NCBI GenBank assembly: GCA_942491145.1
Contig: CALOBC010000038.1
Location: forward strand, 34,130 to 98,129
Direction: 5' to 3'
Source of the DNA: Myxococcota bacterium
GTDB lineage: Bacteria; Myxococcota_A; UBA796; UBA2385
Length of the DNA stretch: 64,000 bases
Shown: positions 47,438 to 56,794 of the stretch, in pieces
How positions within the stretch are numbered: position 1 is the first letter of the stretch
Layout: the number at the start of each line of letters is the position of its first letter
Translations under genes and position numbers: made by a program
The notes under the pieces: generated by a model
What the model was told of the DNA's origin: nothing
Databases searched by the model: none
What the model saw: the letters and a program-made list of their open reading frames with translations, nothing else

Positions 47438-49366
47438 CTATCCTTGAGTTGCTTCGCACGACCCGGTCTCGACGAGCCGCTGTCGCATCGTTGGGTACTG
47501 CAGCTTGCCGTTGTACGTCCGGGGAATCGAGCCGTTGCGGGCCCAGTGCACTTGCTGCACCCGCACCCCCATGCGCGCCTGCAGCAAGGTGCGCACTTGG
47601 CGGGCCAGCGCCCGCTGGGTTGTTGAGTCTGGCGCGTCGCCCCGGGTCTCCACCACGATGTGGACCTGCTCACCCCCATCGCCGCCGCGGTCGACACCCA
47701 CGGCCATGCAGAGACGCACGGTGGGCACCGTCTCGATGATCTCTTCGAGCTCTTTGGGCGCCACATTGCGCCCGCTGACGATGATGATGTTCTTGAGGCG
47801 GTCCACGATGGTGAGCATGCCTTCGTCGTCGAGGTAGCCCAGGTCGCCGGTGCGGATGGCGCCGTCGTCGGTGAACAGCTTGGCGGTCGCGTGGGGGTTT
47901 CGGAAGTAGCCAATCGTCTGGGAGGGGCTCCGCAGGCAGATCTCGCCCTGTTGTCCCGTCGCAAGGCGGTTGCCGTCGGTGTCCCGGATGCTCAGCTCGG
48001 TGCCCGCAACGGGGCCGCCCACGGAGACAATGCCGTTGCTGTCGATCTTCAGGTCCGGTCGGTCCAGCGGGAAGAAGGTCACAGCCACACAAGACTCGGC
48101 CAGCCCGTAGCCGGGGCGCAACACACCCGGAGTGCCCAACGCAGACTCGAAGCGGGCGATGGTGCGCGCCCGGACGGGCTCTGCGGCGACGAGGGCCATG
48201 CGCATGCTGTCGCAGTCGAAGCGCGCCAAGTCCCCGCCCACCCGCAGCACATACCGGTACGCAAAGTCCGGCGCGGCGGTGACGGTCCCCCGGTGGGTCT
48301 CGATGGCCCCCAGCCAGCCCTCAGCATTGAGCTGCACCGGCAACAACACAAGCTTTGCGCCCAGGTAGAGGGGGCACATCGTCATCGTGATGAGGCCCAT
48401 GTCATGGTAGACCGGCAGCCAGCTCACAAACACGTCGTCGCGGGTGAAGCGGGCGTGGGGAATGGCTTGTCGCAGGTTGGCCACCAGGGCCCGGTGGGTG
48501 AGCATCACGCCCTTGGCATCGCCGGTGGTGCCCGACGTATACTGCAGCATCGCGAGGTCATCGGGCTCGGGATGGGGGAGCTGCACGCCGGGTCGGGGGG
48601 GCTCGGTCATCAGCGCCGGCACGTCAAGGATGGCCGGGGCACCTTCGCCCAGGTGGCCGAGCAGGCGCCGCTTGATGGGTCGGGCAAACGGGCGCAGGGT
48701 GATGATGGCCTTCGCCTCACAGTGTTGCACAATGCGGGCGATGCGGTCGGGCTGGGGCACATGAAACATGGGCACAGCGACGGCTCTGAGGTGTTGGATG
48801 CCATAGAACACCGCAAAGAACTCGGCACAGTTGGGGATGACCAACACAACCCGGTCGCCCCGGCCAATGCCGTGTTGTTGCAGGGCGGCGGCCACATGCG
48901 CGGCGTCTCGGGCGAGGTCTCGGTAGGTTGTCGCTTGGCCATCAAACACAAAGGCGTCGCGGTCGGGGCTCACGGCGGCCCGGCGGGCGACCACCCCCAC
49001 GAGGGTCTGCACATCGGCCATGGGATCGGTGGGCAGCCACTTCTTGAGGGCCTCTTCGTGGGGCAAGCCCCCGTCGGCGCTGGCGGCACTGGCCATCGAG
49101 GCGACCACGGAGTCTCCCCCGTCGTCACCCCCATTCACCAGCTCCCAATAGAGCTCTTCCACCGTCTCGACTTCAGACAGGTCGACGCCCTCCAGGCTCT
49201 GGCCCAGCTCCATCTCCACTTGTTCGACAATCTGCACCACATCGATGGACTGAAGGCCAAGCTCCTCCACGAGCAGGGCTTCGGGGGCGACGTCTTCGGT
49301 CTCGACAAACAAGATGTCGGCCAACAGATCGACAAAGCGGGCAAAGGTGAGGGACGAGGGGGACAA
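47438..49366 (-). CDS. ACP-fatty acyl-AMP ligase (FAAL-like) fusion, ACP at the N-terminus
   Basis: ACP motif ELGLQSIDVVQI (Ser codon 49247-49249); YTSGTTGDAKG, SWLPVYHDMGLI, YGLAE, RTGDLGY, DRLKNIII; TTG start with GGAG. Confidence 0.88.
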   Translation of the reverse strand: MSPSSLTFARFVDLLADILFVETEDVAPEALLVEELGLQSIDVVQIVEQVEMELGQSLEGVDLSEVETVEELYWELVNGGDDGGDSVVASMASAASADGGLPHEEALKKWLPTDPMADVQTLVGVVARRAAVSPDRDAFVFDGQATTYRDLARDAAHVAAALQQHGIGRGDRVVLVIPNCAEFFAVFYGIQHLRAVAVPMFHVPQPDRIARIVQHCEAKAIITLRPFARPIKRRLLGHLGEGAPAILDVPALMTEPPRPGVQLPHPEPDDLAMLQYTSGTTGDAKGVMLTHRALVANLRQAIPHARFTRDDVFVSWLPVYHDMGLITMTMCPLYLGAKLVLLPVQLNAEGWLGAIETHRGTVTAAPDFAYRYVLRVGGDLARFDCDSMRMALVAAEPVRARTIARFESALGTPGVLRPGYGLAESCVAVTFFPLDRPDLKIDSNGIVSVGGPVAGTELSIRDTDGNRLATGQQGEICLRSPSQTIGYFRNPHATAKLFTDDGAIRTGDLGYLDDEGMLTIVDRLKNIIIVSGRNVAPKELEEIIETVPTVRLCMAVGVDRGGDGGEQVHIVVETRGDAPDSTTQRALARQVRTLLQARMGVRVQQVHWARNGSIPRTYNGKLQYPTMRQRLVETGSCEATQG

Positions 49367-49413
49367 GGCAGCTCCAGGTGGGCGAGACGAAGTGTGAAGA
49401 GACGGGGGGGCAG

Positions 49414-51858
49414 TCAGATGTTGAGCAAGACATTGGCCCCAAAGGTGTCGTCCACCAGGGCATAGGCGCATGTGGTCTGGGGACGGGCCCCGACCTTTCG
49501 CTTGGCGACCTCTGCGGTAAACGCAAGATTCACGCTGACTGCACCCAAGGCCCGCGCGCGCTCGACCGTGGCGAACAACGCCACCTTGTAGATGGCATGG
49601 GACTGCACCAGGGCCTCGTCAAAGCCCACCAATAGGGCACTATAGCGTGCGTCGCGCATGTGGCTGAGCATGACCGCCCCCAAGCGCTCGGGCCCGTCTT
49701 CGGTGTCGCGCACATAGAAACGCAACACATCAAACTCTGGACCTTGGCACATGGCGTCGAAGACATTGCGGGGCAATGCCACCACGTTGAGCTGGCGCCC
49801 CCGAGCGTGCACTTGGGCGTACAAGTCGTAGGCGGCGTCCAGCTCGGCGGGGGTGGTGAGGGGGCCCGGCACCACGCGGCTGCGGTCGACGAACGGCAAG
49901 ATCTCCCGCTTGACCTCACGGCGATACCGCCCCTTGAGCGAGGCGAGGAAGCCCTCCCGGTCGGTCCAGTCCATGCTCGGCACGGTCATCATCGTGGGCA
50001 TGGCGACCTCGACAAAGCCGTTGTCGAGCAACACCTGGGCCAGCTCGGGGTCGGCCCCGGGCTCGAACTCCCGCAACAGGATGCGGGTGGCGGCGGTGGC
50101 GTCTTTCTGGGCGTGCAACCGGCCCAGAAGCTGCTCCAGCGCGGCCTTCCAGAGTGGGTGTTGGCGGTCGAGGTACAGGTGGCGCCCCAGCGTGACGGGC
50201 AGTCCCAACACCACTGCGGGCGTGACCAGGAAGTCCGCGCCTTCTTCCCGGCGGCGTTGCTCCACCCGCTCGGAGATCTCGGCGCTCTCGAACATGTCCT
50301 CTTTGGTGCGGGTGGTGCAGAAGAAGCTGGCCAGCACCACATTGCCGTCCTCATCGGTGATCCAGAGAAACTGGGCCGCGGCGTGACCGGCGGCGGGGGC
50401 CTGGGCAAAGGCGGGTGCGAGGGTGCGCAGCGCGGTGTGGGAGAATGGCCCGTGCCCTGCGAAGGCGTGGTCCCAGAGGTCCTCGGGCACCGCGTCCAGC
50501 TCGGTGGTCTGGTGCACTGTGAGGGCGGCCTTCTGGGGTGGGATGGGCAGCGGCGCGCGGCCGGTGGGTGTCGGCACCGTCAGGTCGGTGTCCCGCAGGT
50601 GGGCCATGCGGAAGGACCGGGCCAGCTTCTCGGGGGTCACGCCGGCCTCGCTCAGCACGGTCTTGTGGTGGATTGCGAGGCGGTCCAGGAAGTGGTCGAC
50701 GTCGGCGAGGTCGAGTCCGCGGTGCATGTGAAAGCGAATGCCCCCCATGCTGGCCGGCACTGCGGGGAAGATGCCGAGATTGACGTAGCAGTCGTCATTC
50801 ATGAGCCGGTGTGCAACTTCCTGCACGAGCTTGGGCATGCCCGTGGGGATGAAGTACAGCGGGGTGTCGTTGGCCTCGACTTGGGGCAGCCCCCGGGCGG
50901 CGAGGCCGTCTCGACAGTGGTCGATGCGGGTCTTGAGCTGGGCTTGCAGGGGCAAGATGTCCGGCGACAAGTGAAGCTCGGTGGCGGCGATGGCGCTGCC
51001 GAGCATGGGGGGCTGGATGGGCCCACAGAAGATCATCGTGGGGCCGCAGTTGCGCACCCGTTGCTTGTCTTGCTCATTGCCGAAGATGAGCGCACCGCCG
51101 GCCGATGCGTAGGCTTTGTTCAGCGAGACGGCCAACACAAGCTGGGGATGGTGGGACACCCGGCTGCGGTACCACCCACACCCGTGGCGGCCGGTCCAAC
51201 CGAAGCCGTGGGCGTCATCCACGTAGCAACGCAGCTGGGGGTAGCGGTCCATGAGGGCGTGCAGATCGGCGGCGGGTGCACCATCGCCGAACATGCTGTA
51301 GATGCCGTCGGCGAAGTACCAGATCGTGCGGTGCTTGCCCCGCAGGGCCTGGATGCGGGTCTCCAGCTCGTCGAGTCGGTTGTGCCGGATCAAGTAGAGC
51401 GGCACCCCGCGGGCCTTGAGGATCTGGACGACGGTCTGGATGCTGCTGTGGACTTGTTGGTCGAGGATGATGGCGTCACCGTCGTCCACGAGCACCGGGA
51501 TGGCCGACATGTGCCCTAGGGTGGTGCTGGCGGTGGCCAGAGCGGGTTGGCCAAAGATGCGCGCCAAGTTGTCTTCGAGCTGGTCGTACAAGCCCAGCTG
51601 CACATAGGCCCGGGACGCAGAAAACTGGGTGCCGTAGCGGCCCAGCATCTCGATGGCGCCGGCGACCAGGGCCGGGTGGCGCTCCAGGTGCATGTAGCTG
51701 GCGGTGCCCAGGTTCAGGAGGTCCCGGCCGCCCAAGCGCACGGTGCGGCCATTGAGCTCGGTGTCTTCCGCAGACAGGTGCCCAAGCCCACGGCGCACGC
51801 CGTCATTGACGACCTGGTCAATGGTGTCGTACAGGCCGCTGCCGGTGGTGAGCTTCAT
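49414..51858 (-). CDS. Alpha-oxoamine synthase (SPT/BioF family, PLP) fused to a FemAB-like GNAT domain
   Basis: LNLGTASYMHL, RYGTQFSASR, DQQVHSS, RHN, DGIYSMFGD, VDDAHG, PLP-Lys SLNKAYASAGG; C-terminal FLASLKGRYRREVKRE and VNLAFTAEVAKRKVGA. Confidence 0.88.
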   Translation of the reverse strand: MKLTTGSGLYDTIDQVVNDGVRRGLGHLSAEDTELNGRTVRLGGRDLLNLGTASYMHLERHPALVAGAIEMLGRYGTQFSASRAYVQLGLYDQLEDNLARIFGQPALATASTTLGHMSAIPVLVDDGDAIILDQQVHSSIQTVVQILKARGVPLYLIRHNRLDELETRIQALRGKHRTIWYFADGIYSMFGDGAPAADLHALMDRYPQLRCYVDDAHGFGWTGRHGCGWYRSRVSHHPQLVLAVSLNKAYASAGGALIFGNEQDKQRVRNCGPTMIFCGPIQPPMLGSAIAATELHLSPDILPLQAQLKTRIDHCRDGLAARGLPQVEANDTPLYFIPTGMPKLVQEVAHRLMNDDCYVNLGIFPAVPASMGGIRFHMHRGLDLADVDHFLDRLAIHHKTVLSEAGVTPEKLARSFRMAHLRDTDLTVPTPTGRAPLPIPPQKAALTVHQTTELDAVPEDLWDHAFAGHGPFSHTALRTLAPAFAQAPAAGHAAAQFLWITDEDGNVVLASFFCTTRTKEDMFESAEISERVEQRRREEGADFLVTPAVVLGLPVTLGRHLYLDRQHPLWKAALEQLLGRLHAQKDATAATRILLREFEPGADPELAQVLLDNGFVEVAMPTMMTVPSMDWTDREGFLASLKGRYRREVKREILPFVDRSRVVPGPLTTPAELDAAYDLYAQVHARGRQLNVVALPRNVFDAMCQGPEFDVLRFYVRDTEDGPERLGAVMLSHMRDARYSALLVGFDEALVQSHAIYKVALFATVERARALGAVSVNLAFTAEVAKRKVGARPQTTCAYALVDDTFGANVLLNI

Positions 51859-52099
51859 GGGGTCCTCGGTGCATCTCGGTGTCGTCGTCCCCCACGCCAG
51901 TGGGGGCTGGAGCCTGCCAGAAGTGGGGTCGCTGCGCCGGCCGGCCGTGGCGGACTGTAGAGTGCGGCGTCACCACGCTGCACAGGAATGCCATGAACCG
52001 TCGAGCAGGGGCCGGGTCCCGATCTTCCGGCTGGGTGGCCGTCCTGGCCAGTGTTGGGTTGCGCAGCGGCGGCGACGGGCATCCAGCAGTGGGGTCGCC

Positions 52100-53182
52100 A
52101 TGGTGTTGCTGAGTCCCGCTTCCCGAGCGAGCCCGGGGGTCGTGTCCATTGACCAGCAGCTCCTTCAGACGGGAGCACGACTGGGGAAGCTGCTCCGTCC
52201 GGCGGTGCACGCGGCTGATCTGGACCGGCGGGTGAGCGCCCGCAACCTGCACCTGTGCGCCGCATTGGGGGCGTTGGCGGTCGAGACGGCGAAGGCGCTG
52301 GGGGCGAGTGCTGAGGACGCGGACCGGGCGGGCCACGCCGCAGCGATGCTCAGCTTGGTCACCAAGGTGGACGACCAGATCATCGACAGTCCCGACTTTC
52401 ACGGTGGGATGCAGACCGACCGTGCGGCGCTGCGGGATCGGTGTACCCGCTTTCTTGCGCCCACCCTCACCAGCATCCGCACGGGGCGGCCGGCGACCGA
52501 TGAGCCCCGGTGTCAGCTCGCGGCCCAGCTGGGCTGTGCGCTGCGGGACCTCGGTTCTCACGGGGACCGTCTGAGTGTGCTGTTGGACGAGATTGCTCAT
52601 GGATGGGGCGTTCAAGTCGATGCCGTCGCCGTGTTCTCGGCCCATCCGTCGACGGTGGACCTGGAGACTGTGGCAGGGGTCACGGCCCAGATCAGCGGCA
52701 GCTGGTTGCGGATGATCTCGCTGGTCGGCACGCTGGCGCCGGGGGCCCTTCGGGGCTTCACGGTCGACGAGCACCGGGCGTTTACCGAGTGGGGCCGAGC
52801 GATCCAACAAGCCGATGCGTTGGCGGATCTGGGCAAAGACATTGCCGATGGGCTGGTGAGCAGCCTGCCGGCTTGGCTGCTGCATGACGTGGGTCCGGGG
52901 GCGTGGGAAGCGGGCTTGGCCTGTCCCGAGACTGCCGTGGCAGCGCACAACATCGACGTGCGCTGCGTGGTCTCGGCCGCGGAGTTGGGGGGGCTGCGGG
53001 CGCGGCTGAGTGGGCTCGGCAAGGTGCCGGCGTTGCTGCACTGGATCCACGGCTTCTTGTTGTTTCGCTACCTGCAAGGCCCGGCGTGTGTGCGACCGAT
53101 GGACCACCCGGCGATGGCCCCCCACATGGGCAGTGTGGGCTCGTGGGCGGCCTACTTGGGTGCCGCTGGACAGGGGAGCTGA
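52100..53182 (+). CDS. Class I isoprenoid-synthase-fold protein with atypical Asp-rich motifs
   Basis: TKVDDQIID (first Asp-rich motif) and IQQADALADLGKDIADG (second-motif-like); predicted all-helical; start uncertain (52100 or 52142). Confidence 0.55.
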   Translation: MVLLSPASRASPGVVSIDQQLLQTGARLGKLLRPAVHAADLDRRVSARNLHLCAALGALAVETAKALGASAEDADRAGHAAAMLSLVTKVDDQIIDSPDFHGGMQTDRAALRDRCTRFLAPTLTSIRTGRPATDEPRCQLAAQLGCALRDLGSHGDRLSVLLDEIAHGWGVQVDAVAVFSAHPSTVDLETVAGVTAQISGSWLRMISLVGTLAPGALRGFTVDEHRAFTEWGRAIQQADALADLGKDIADGLVSSLPAWLLHDVGPGAWEAGLACPETAVAAHNIDVRCVVSAAELGGLRARLSGLGKVPALLHWIHGFLLFRYLQGPACVRPMDHPAMAPHMGSVGSWAAYLGAAGQGS

Positions 53183-53183
53183 C

Positions 53184-54743
53184 GTGTTTGGTACCCTGAA
53201 CCCCCATCGCTGCAGCCTGCCCGAGGTGGGTCGGGAGCGCCACGGGCGCTTGTATTGTGGGTTGTGCCGGACGCTGGGGGATGACCACGGCCAGCTCAGT
53301 CGGGGCTTGTTGAGCCATGATGCGGTCTTGGTGGCCACGGTCGCCGATGGACTCCAGCTTGTGGCGGCCGCGGACGCCGAGACCCGCTGCCCCATCTTGC
53401 CGGTGGTCCATCGCCCGACGTTGGCCCCCGACAGTCCCCCGTTGCGTTTTGCCGCTGCCGTGCAGATTCTCTTGGCAGATCAATATGTTGCGGACCGTGC
53501 GATGGACGGCAGGCGGCTCGCACGCTGGGCCCGGCCCTTGGGACAACGCACGGTGGCGGGTGCGCGGCAGATCTTGGACGAGCTGGGCACCAACCTGGAC
53601 GGGCTGGAGGGCTTTGAGCACCGCCAGCTCGCGGTGGAGTCGGAAGAAGACCCCGGTCCTCGGATGGCAGCGGCACCCACGCGGGATGCGTTGCGTCAGG
53701 TGTTTGCGGCCCTCGGCAAGCTGCCCGGGGGCGTGGCCTTGGACGGGAACGGCCAAGCCCGTCTGGCGCAGCTGGGCAGCGCGATTGGCGACATCGTCTA
53801 CTTGGTGGATGCCCTCGAAGACCTGCCCCGGGACCTGGCCCAGGGGGAGTTTAACCCATGCTTGGTGGGTGAAGCCGGCGCGCTGGTGGTGTCGCCGTCC
53901 CGGGTGGTCGAGGCCTGTGTGGCGTTGGATGAGGCGTTTGGGTTGGCCGCCCTCGCGGTGGCCGAGCTGCCCTGGCAACGCAACGCGGCGGTGGTGCAGT
54001 GCGCCGTGGTGACGGAGCAACGGGCGAAGGCGGACCAGGCCATGGCGGCAGCCCGGCAGCTCGCGGGGTTGCCGTTGGAGGCGCGGGCATGCGCCGTGCG
54101 GTGTGCGCCGGCGCCCGGTCCCTTCAAGGTGCTGGAGCAGGGCATGTTGGCGGCCGCGGCGCTGCTGATGGTGTGGGCGAGCACGACGGGTGTTGCGTTG
54201 GCGGAGAAGGGCACCAAAGGCAAGGGGCCAGATGCAAAGGACACGGGCCTGCCGCCAGAGGTGGAGCCGCCCGTGGAGGAGATCTCGTTTGACGCGATCT
54301 GGGCGGCCCTCGATGCGCTGCGCGAGGCGGCCGTCGCCGCACTGAAGGGTCTGGCGGACGCCATTGTGTGCTGTGCAAGCGGACCGGGTCTGTTGGACAA
54401 AGCGTGGCGCTCTTGCCAGGGTGTGCTCGAGGGCTGCTGTGTGGCGAGCGCCAATGCGCTGACGGGCTGTTGCGGTGGGGTGCAGGAGTGCAACTCATGC
54501 ATGGGTGATGTGGGCGGGTGTTGCAACGGATGTGCCGGGTGCCAGCGGGACTGTGGGGGGTGCTGCAGCGGTGGCAAGGACTGCGGCGGGTGCTGCGATG
54601 TGTGCGGAGGATGTGGCAAGTCGGGCGGTGGCGGGGACTGTCATGCGTGTCAAGGTTGCTGCAAGGCGGGGGGTGGCGGGGACTGCCATGCGTGCCAAGG
54701 ATGCTGCAAGGGTGGGGGCGGCGGGGGATGTTGTTGCCACTGA
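53184..54743 (+). CDS. DUF5685 family protein with a TM segment and a Cys/Gly-rich C-terminal tail
   Basis: MFGTLNP..LYCGLCRTLG..LLSHDAVL; YLVDALEDLPRDLAQGEFNP; 32 Cys in the last 124 aa; GTG start 1 nt after the upstream stop. Confidence 0.75.
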   Translation: MFGTLNPHRCSLPEVGRERHGRLYCGLCRTLGDDHGQLSRGLLSHDAVLVATVADGLQLVAAADAETRCPILPVVHRPTLAPDSPPLRFAAAVQILLADQYVADRAMDGRRLARWARPLGQRTVAGARQILDELGTNLDGLEGFEHRQLAVESEEDPGPRMAAAPTRDALRQVFAALGKLPGGVALDGNGQARLAQLGSAIGDIVYLVDALEDLPRDLAQGEFNPCLVGEAGALVVSPSRVVEACVALDEAFGLAALAVAELPWQRNAAVVQCAVVTEQRAKADQAMAAARQLAGLPLEARACAVRCAPAPGPFKVLEQGMLAAAALLMVWASTTGVALAEKGTKGKGPDAKDTGLPPEVEPPVEEISFDAIWAALDALREAAVAALKGLADAIVCCASGPGLLDKAWRSCQGVLEGCCVASANALTGCCGGVQECNSCMGDVGGCCNGCAGCQRDCGGCCSGGKDCGGCCDVCGGCGKSGGGGDCHACQGCCKAGGGGDCHACQGCCKGGGGGGCCCH

Positions 54744-54822
54744 GTTGGGGCTGGCAGCGCGCGGCTTGGGTTGGCCTGAGGCGCAGACCGCAACCGCCGA
54801 GCGGCCGGCGCCAAACCCAACC

Positions 54823-55680
54823 TCAGTCTGCCGTCCGGACCACACTGTCGATGGCTTGCCGCAGGGTCCACGCACCCGCTTCGCTGCGCTGGGAAGCCGC
54901 GCCGTTGAGGGCTTCTTCGATGATGCTGCGCTCTCCCGGCGTCACGCCCGGAAGGTCCAGCGCCGCCTGGAGCGCAGTGGCGTACACCTCTCGACAGCGC
55001 TCAGTGTTGCCCCCGTTGTAGAGCGGAACCCCCTGTGCCAAGGCCGCCTGAAGGCTCTCGATCAACGCTGCGCGGGTCTCCACATTGTGTGGCGCACGCT
55101 TCATCACTGTCACCGCCAACACCTCCAGCTCGAAGCGCCCCGGTTGCTTGTCCGCAAGCATCACGCCGATCGTGTCGACTTGGTCCAGTCCGGAGTCCAG
55201 CGCCGGGGCACCCATGACGGGGCGTCCGAATGAGGCCGGCCGAAACGCACTGAGCGGGATCACCAGCTCAGACGCGCCCACCTCGGTGGCCATGGACACC
55301 CGGTAGGACCCAGCGCGCAGCGGAACATCTGCTCGTCGCAACGTGATCGCGTAGGTGCGGCCATCGCCACGGAGCGCCAGCCGGAGCGCGGTGGCATTGG
55401 TGACGGCGCCCGGCGGCAACCGCGCACGCATCGACGCAAAGCCACCGTTTTGTTCCAGGGACAGCTCACCCGCAAATGTCACGGTGGCGGAGGTCTCAAC
55501 CCGACTCTGGGACACACCGCCCATGACCGTGTCGTTGACCACCCGCCAGTCGAGCTCGGTGATCGGCAGCACGTCCGCGGCGATGGCCAGGGGCTGCGTC
55601 GCATCGCGGGGGCCCGCCGCCGCTGGTGTGGTCAAGAGGATGGCCATCACTGTCCCCACTGCGAACCAAGGGTGGTTCAT
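54823..55680 (-). CDS. CIA30 family protein (secreted) with C-terminal helical domain
   Basis: WRVVNDTVMGGVSQS, FAGELSLEQNGGFASMR, RGDGRTY, MLADKQPGRFELEV; signal peptide AAA-G. Confidence 0.88.
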   Translation of the reverse strand: MNHPWFAVGTVMAILLTTPAAAGPRDATQPLAIAADVLPITELDWRVVNDTVMGGVSQSRVETSATVTFAGELSLEQNGGFASMRARLPPGAVTNATALRLALRGDGRTYAITLRRADVPLRAGSYRVSMATEVGASELVIPLSAFRPASFGRPVMGAPALDSGLDQVDTIGVMLADKQPGRFELEVLAVTVMKRAPHNVETRAALIESLQAALAQGVPLYNGGNTERCREVYATALQAALDLPGVTPGERSIIEEALNGAASQRSEAGAWTLRQAIDSVVRTAD

Positions 55681-55825
55681 GGTGTGCCCCCACGCCAAGG
55701 TCGGCATGTTGTTGCATATAGTTTGAACATAGCACGGCAAACCCGTGGGCGCCCGGTCGGGTTGCGGTTTCCCGCCCCCCACCAGGCATGCCGCTCACCA
55801 CGGGATCGCCAGGGGTGTGCGGTGC

Positions 55826-56794
55826 TCACCGTGCCGAGCGAGACAAGCGCCGTGCGAGGCCCTCGAGAACGCGGATCTGCAGGGGCCTCGGGCCCTCAGC
55901 GGCCGTGGCGAGACGGACCGCTTCGTCAAAGCCCAGTGGCTGCACCCCCGGCAGGGCGTCCCAGAGGCTGGGGTGGCTCGGCAGCAGGTCGTGCACCAGT
56001 CCGTGGACGAGCTCTTGGGCCACCATGAAGTCCGCCCCGCTCACCAGCTTGAGCCAGTAGCTGCTGAGCTGTGGCGACACGAGGGGCAAGGCGAGGGTGC
56101 GGGGCTCCATGCCGCGCAGGCGGGCCGCCCGGACCAAGATCTGCTCGGCGGTGAGCACCTCTGGTCCGGGCAAATCGTAGATGGTCGACTCGATCATCGG
56201 CAGCGTCACAGAGGCCATGAGTGCGGTGATCACATCGTCGATGGCCACCGGTGCGGAGCGGCTCCGCAGCCACTTGGGCAGCAGCATGAAGGGCAGCCGG
56301 GCGGCCAGATCGCGACAGATCTTCCAGCTCTCGCTGCCGTCGCCGATGATCATCCCCGCGCGCAGCTCCAGGGTGGGCACGGGGCCGTCGCGGAGGATGC
56401 GACCGGTGTCGAGGCGACTCTGGAGGTGCTCGGAGGGAGGCCCTTGGGGGGCGACGCCGCCGAGGTAGATGATGCGCTCGAGTCCGTTGGCTGCAGCCAG
56501 TGCGGCGAACGTGGCCGCGGCCTGCCGCTCCCGCTCGGCATAGCCTTCGCCATCGGCCATGAGGTGCACCAGATAGATGGCCGCTCGGGTGCCGCGAAGG
56601 GCGCTGTTGATGGAGTCGCCGTCCTCGAGGTCGAAGGGCACCCAGTCGAGCGCGGGCCGGTCGCTCGCAGCACGCTGGGGCCGACGAGATCCGCACCGAA
56701 CCGGCACACCTGCGGCGTGCAGGGCGTCCGCCAGGCGGCTGCCGACAAAGCCGGTCGCTCCGGTGATCAGGACGGGCTTGCTTGGCTCGCTCAT
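55826..56794 (-). CDS. Atypical SDR / NAD(P)H-binding protein (YbjT-like)
   Basis: LITGATGFVGSRL, AIYLVHLM, IIYLGG, EHLQSRLDTGRIL, LRAGMIIGDGSESW, PVAIDDV. Confidence 0.9.
   Translation of the reverse strand: MSEPSKPVLITGATGFVGSRLADALHAAGVPVRCGSRRPQRAASDRPALDWVPFDLEDGDSINSALRGTRAAIYLVHLMADGEGYAERERQAAATFAALAAANGLERIIYLGGVAPQGPPSEHLQSRLDTGRILRDGPVPTLELRAGMIIGDGSESWKICRDLAARLPFMLLPKWLRSRSAPVAIDDVITALMASVTLPMIESTIYDLPGPEVLTAEQILVRAARLRGMEPRTLALPLVSPQLSSYWLKLVSGADFMVAQELVHGLVHDLLPSHPSLWDALPGVQPLGFDEAVRLATAAEGPRPLQIRVLEGLARRLSRSAR

Noticed and set aside
47215-47739. Possible small membrane protein (MAVVRWVVCGLVMIIVLVVIFLFVAF...)
   Set aside because: The hydrophobic start is plausible, but the frame overlaps the FAAL gene antisense by about 300 bp and shows no motif; not supportable
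49414-51858. Assignment as bioF or cqsA
   Set aside because: About 400-aa GNAT extension, no biotin genes or CqsS-like sensor adjacent; family-level call only
54600-54743. Multiheme cytochrome reading of the DCHAC repeats
   Set aside because: The pattern is C-H-A-C-Q, not CxxCH; no heme-binding motif is present
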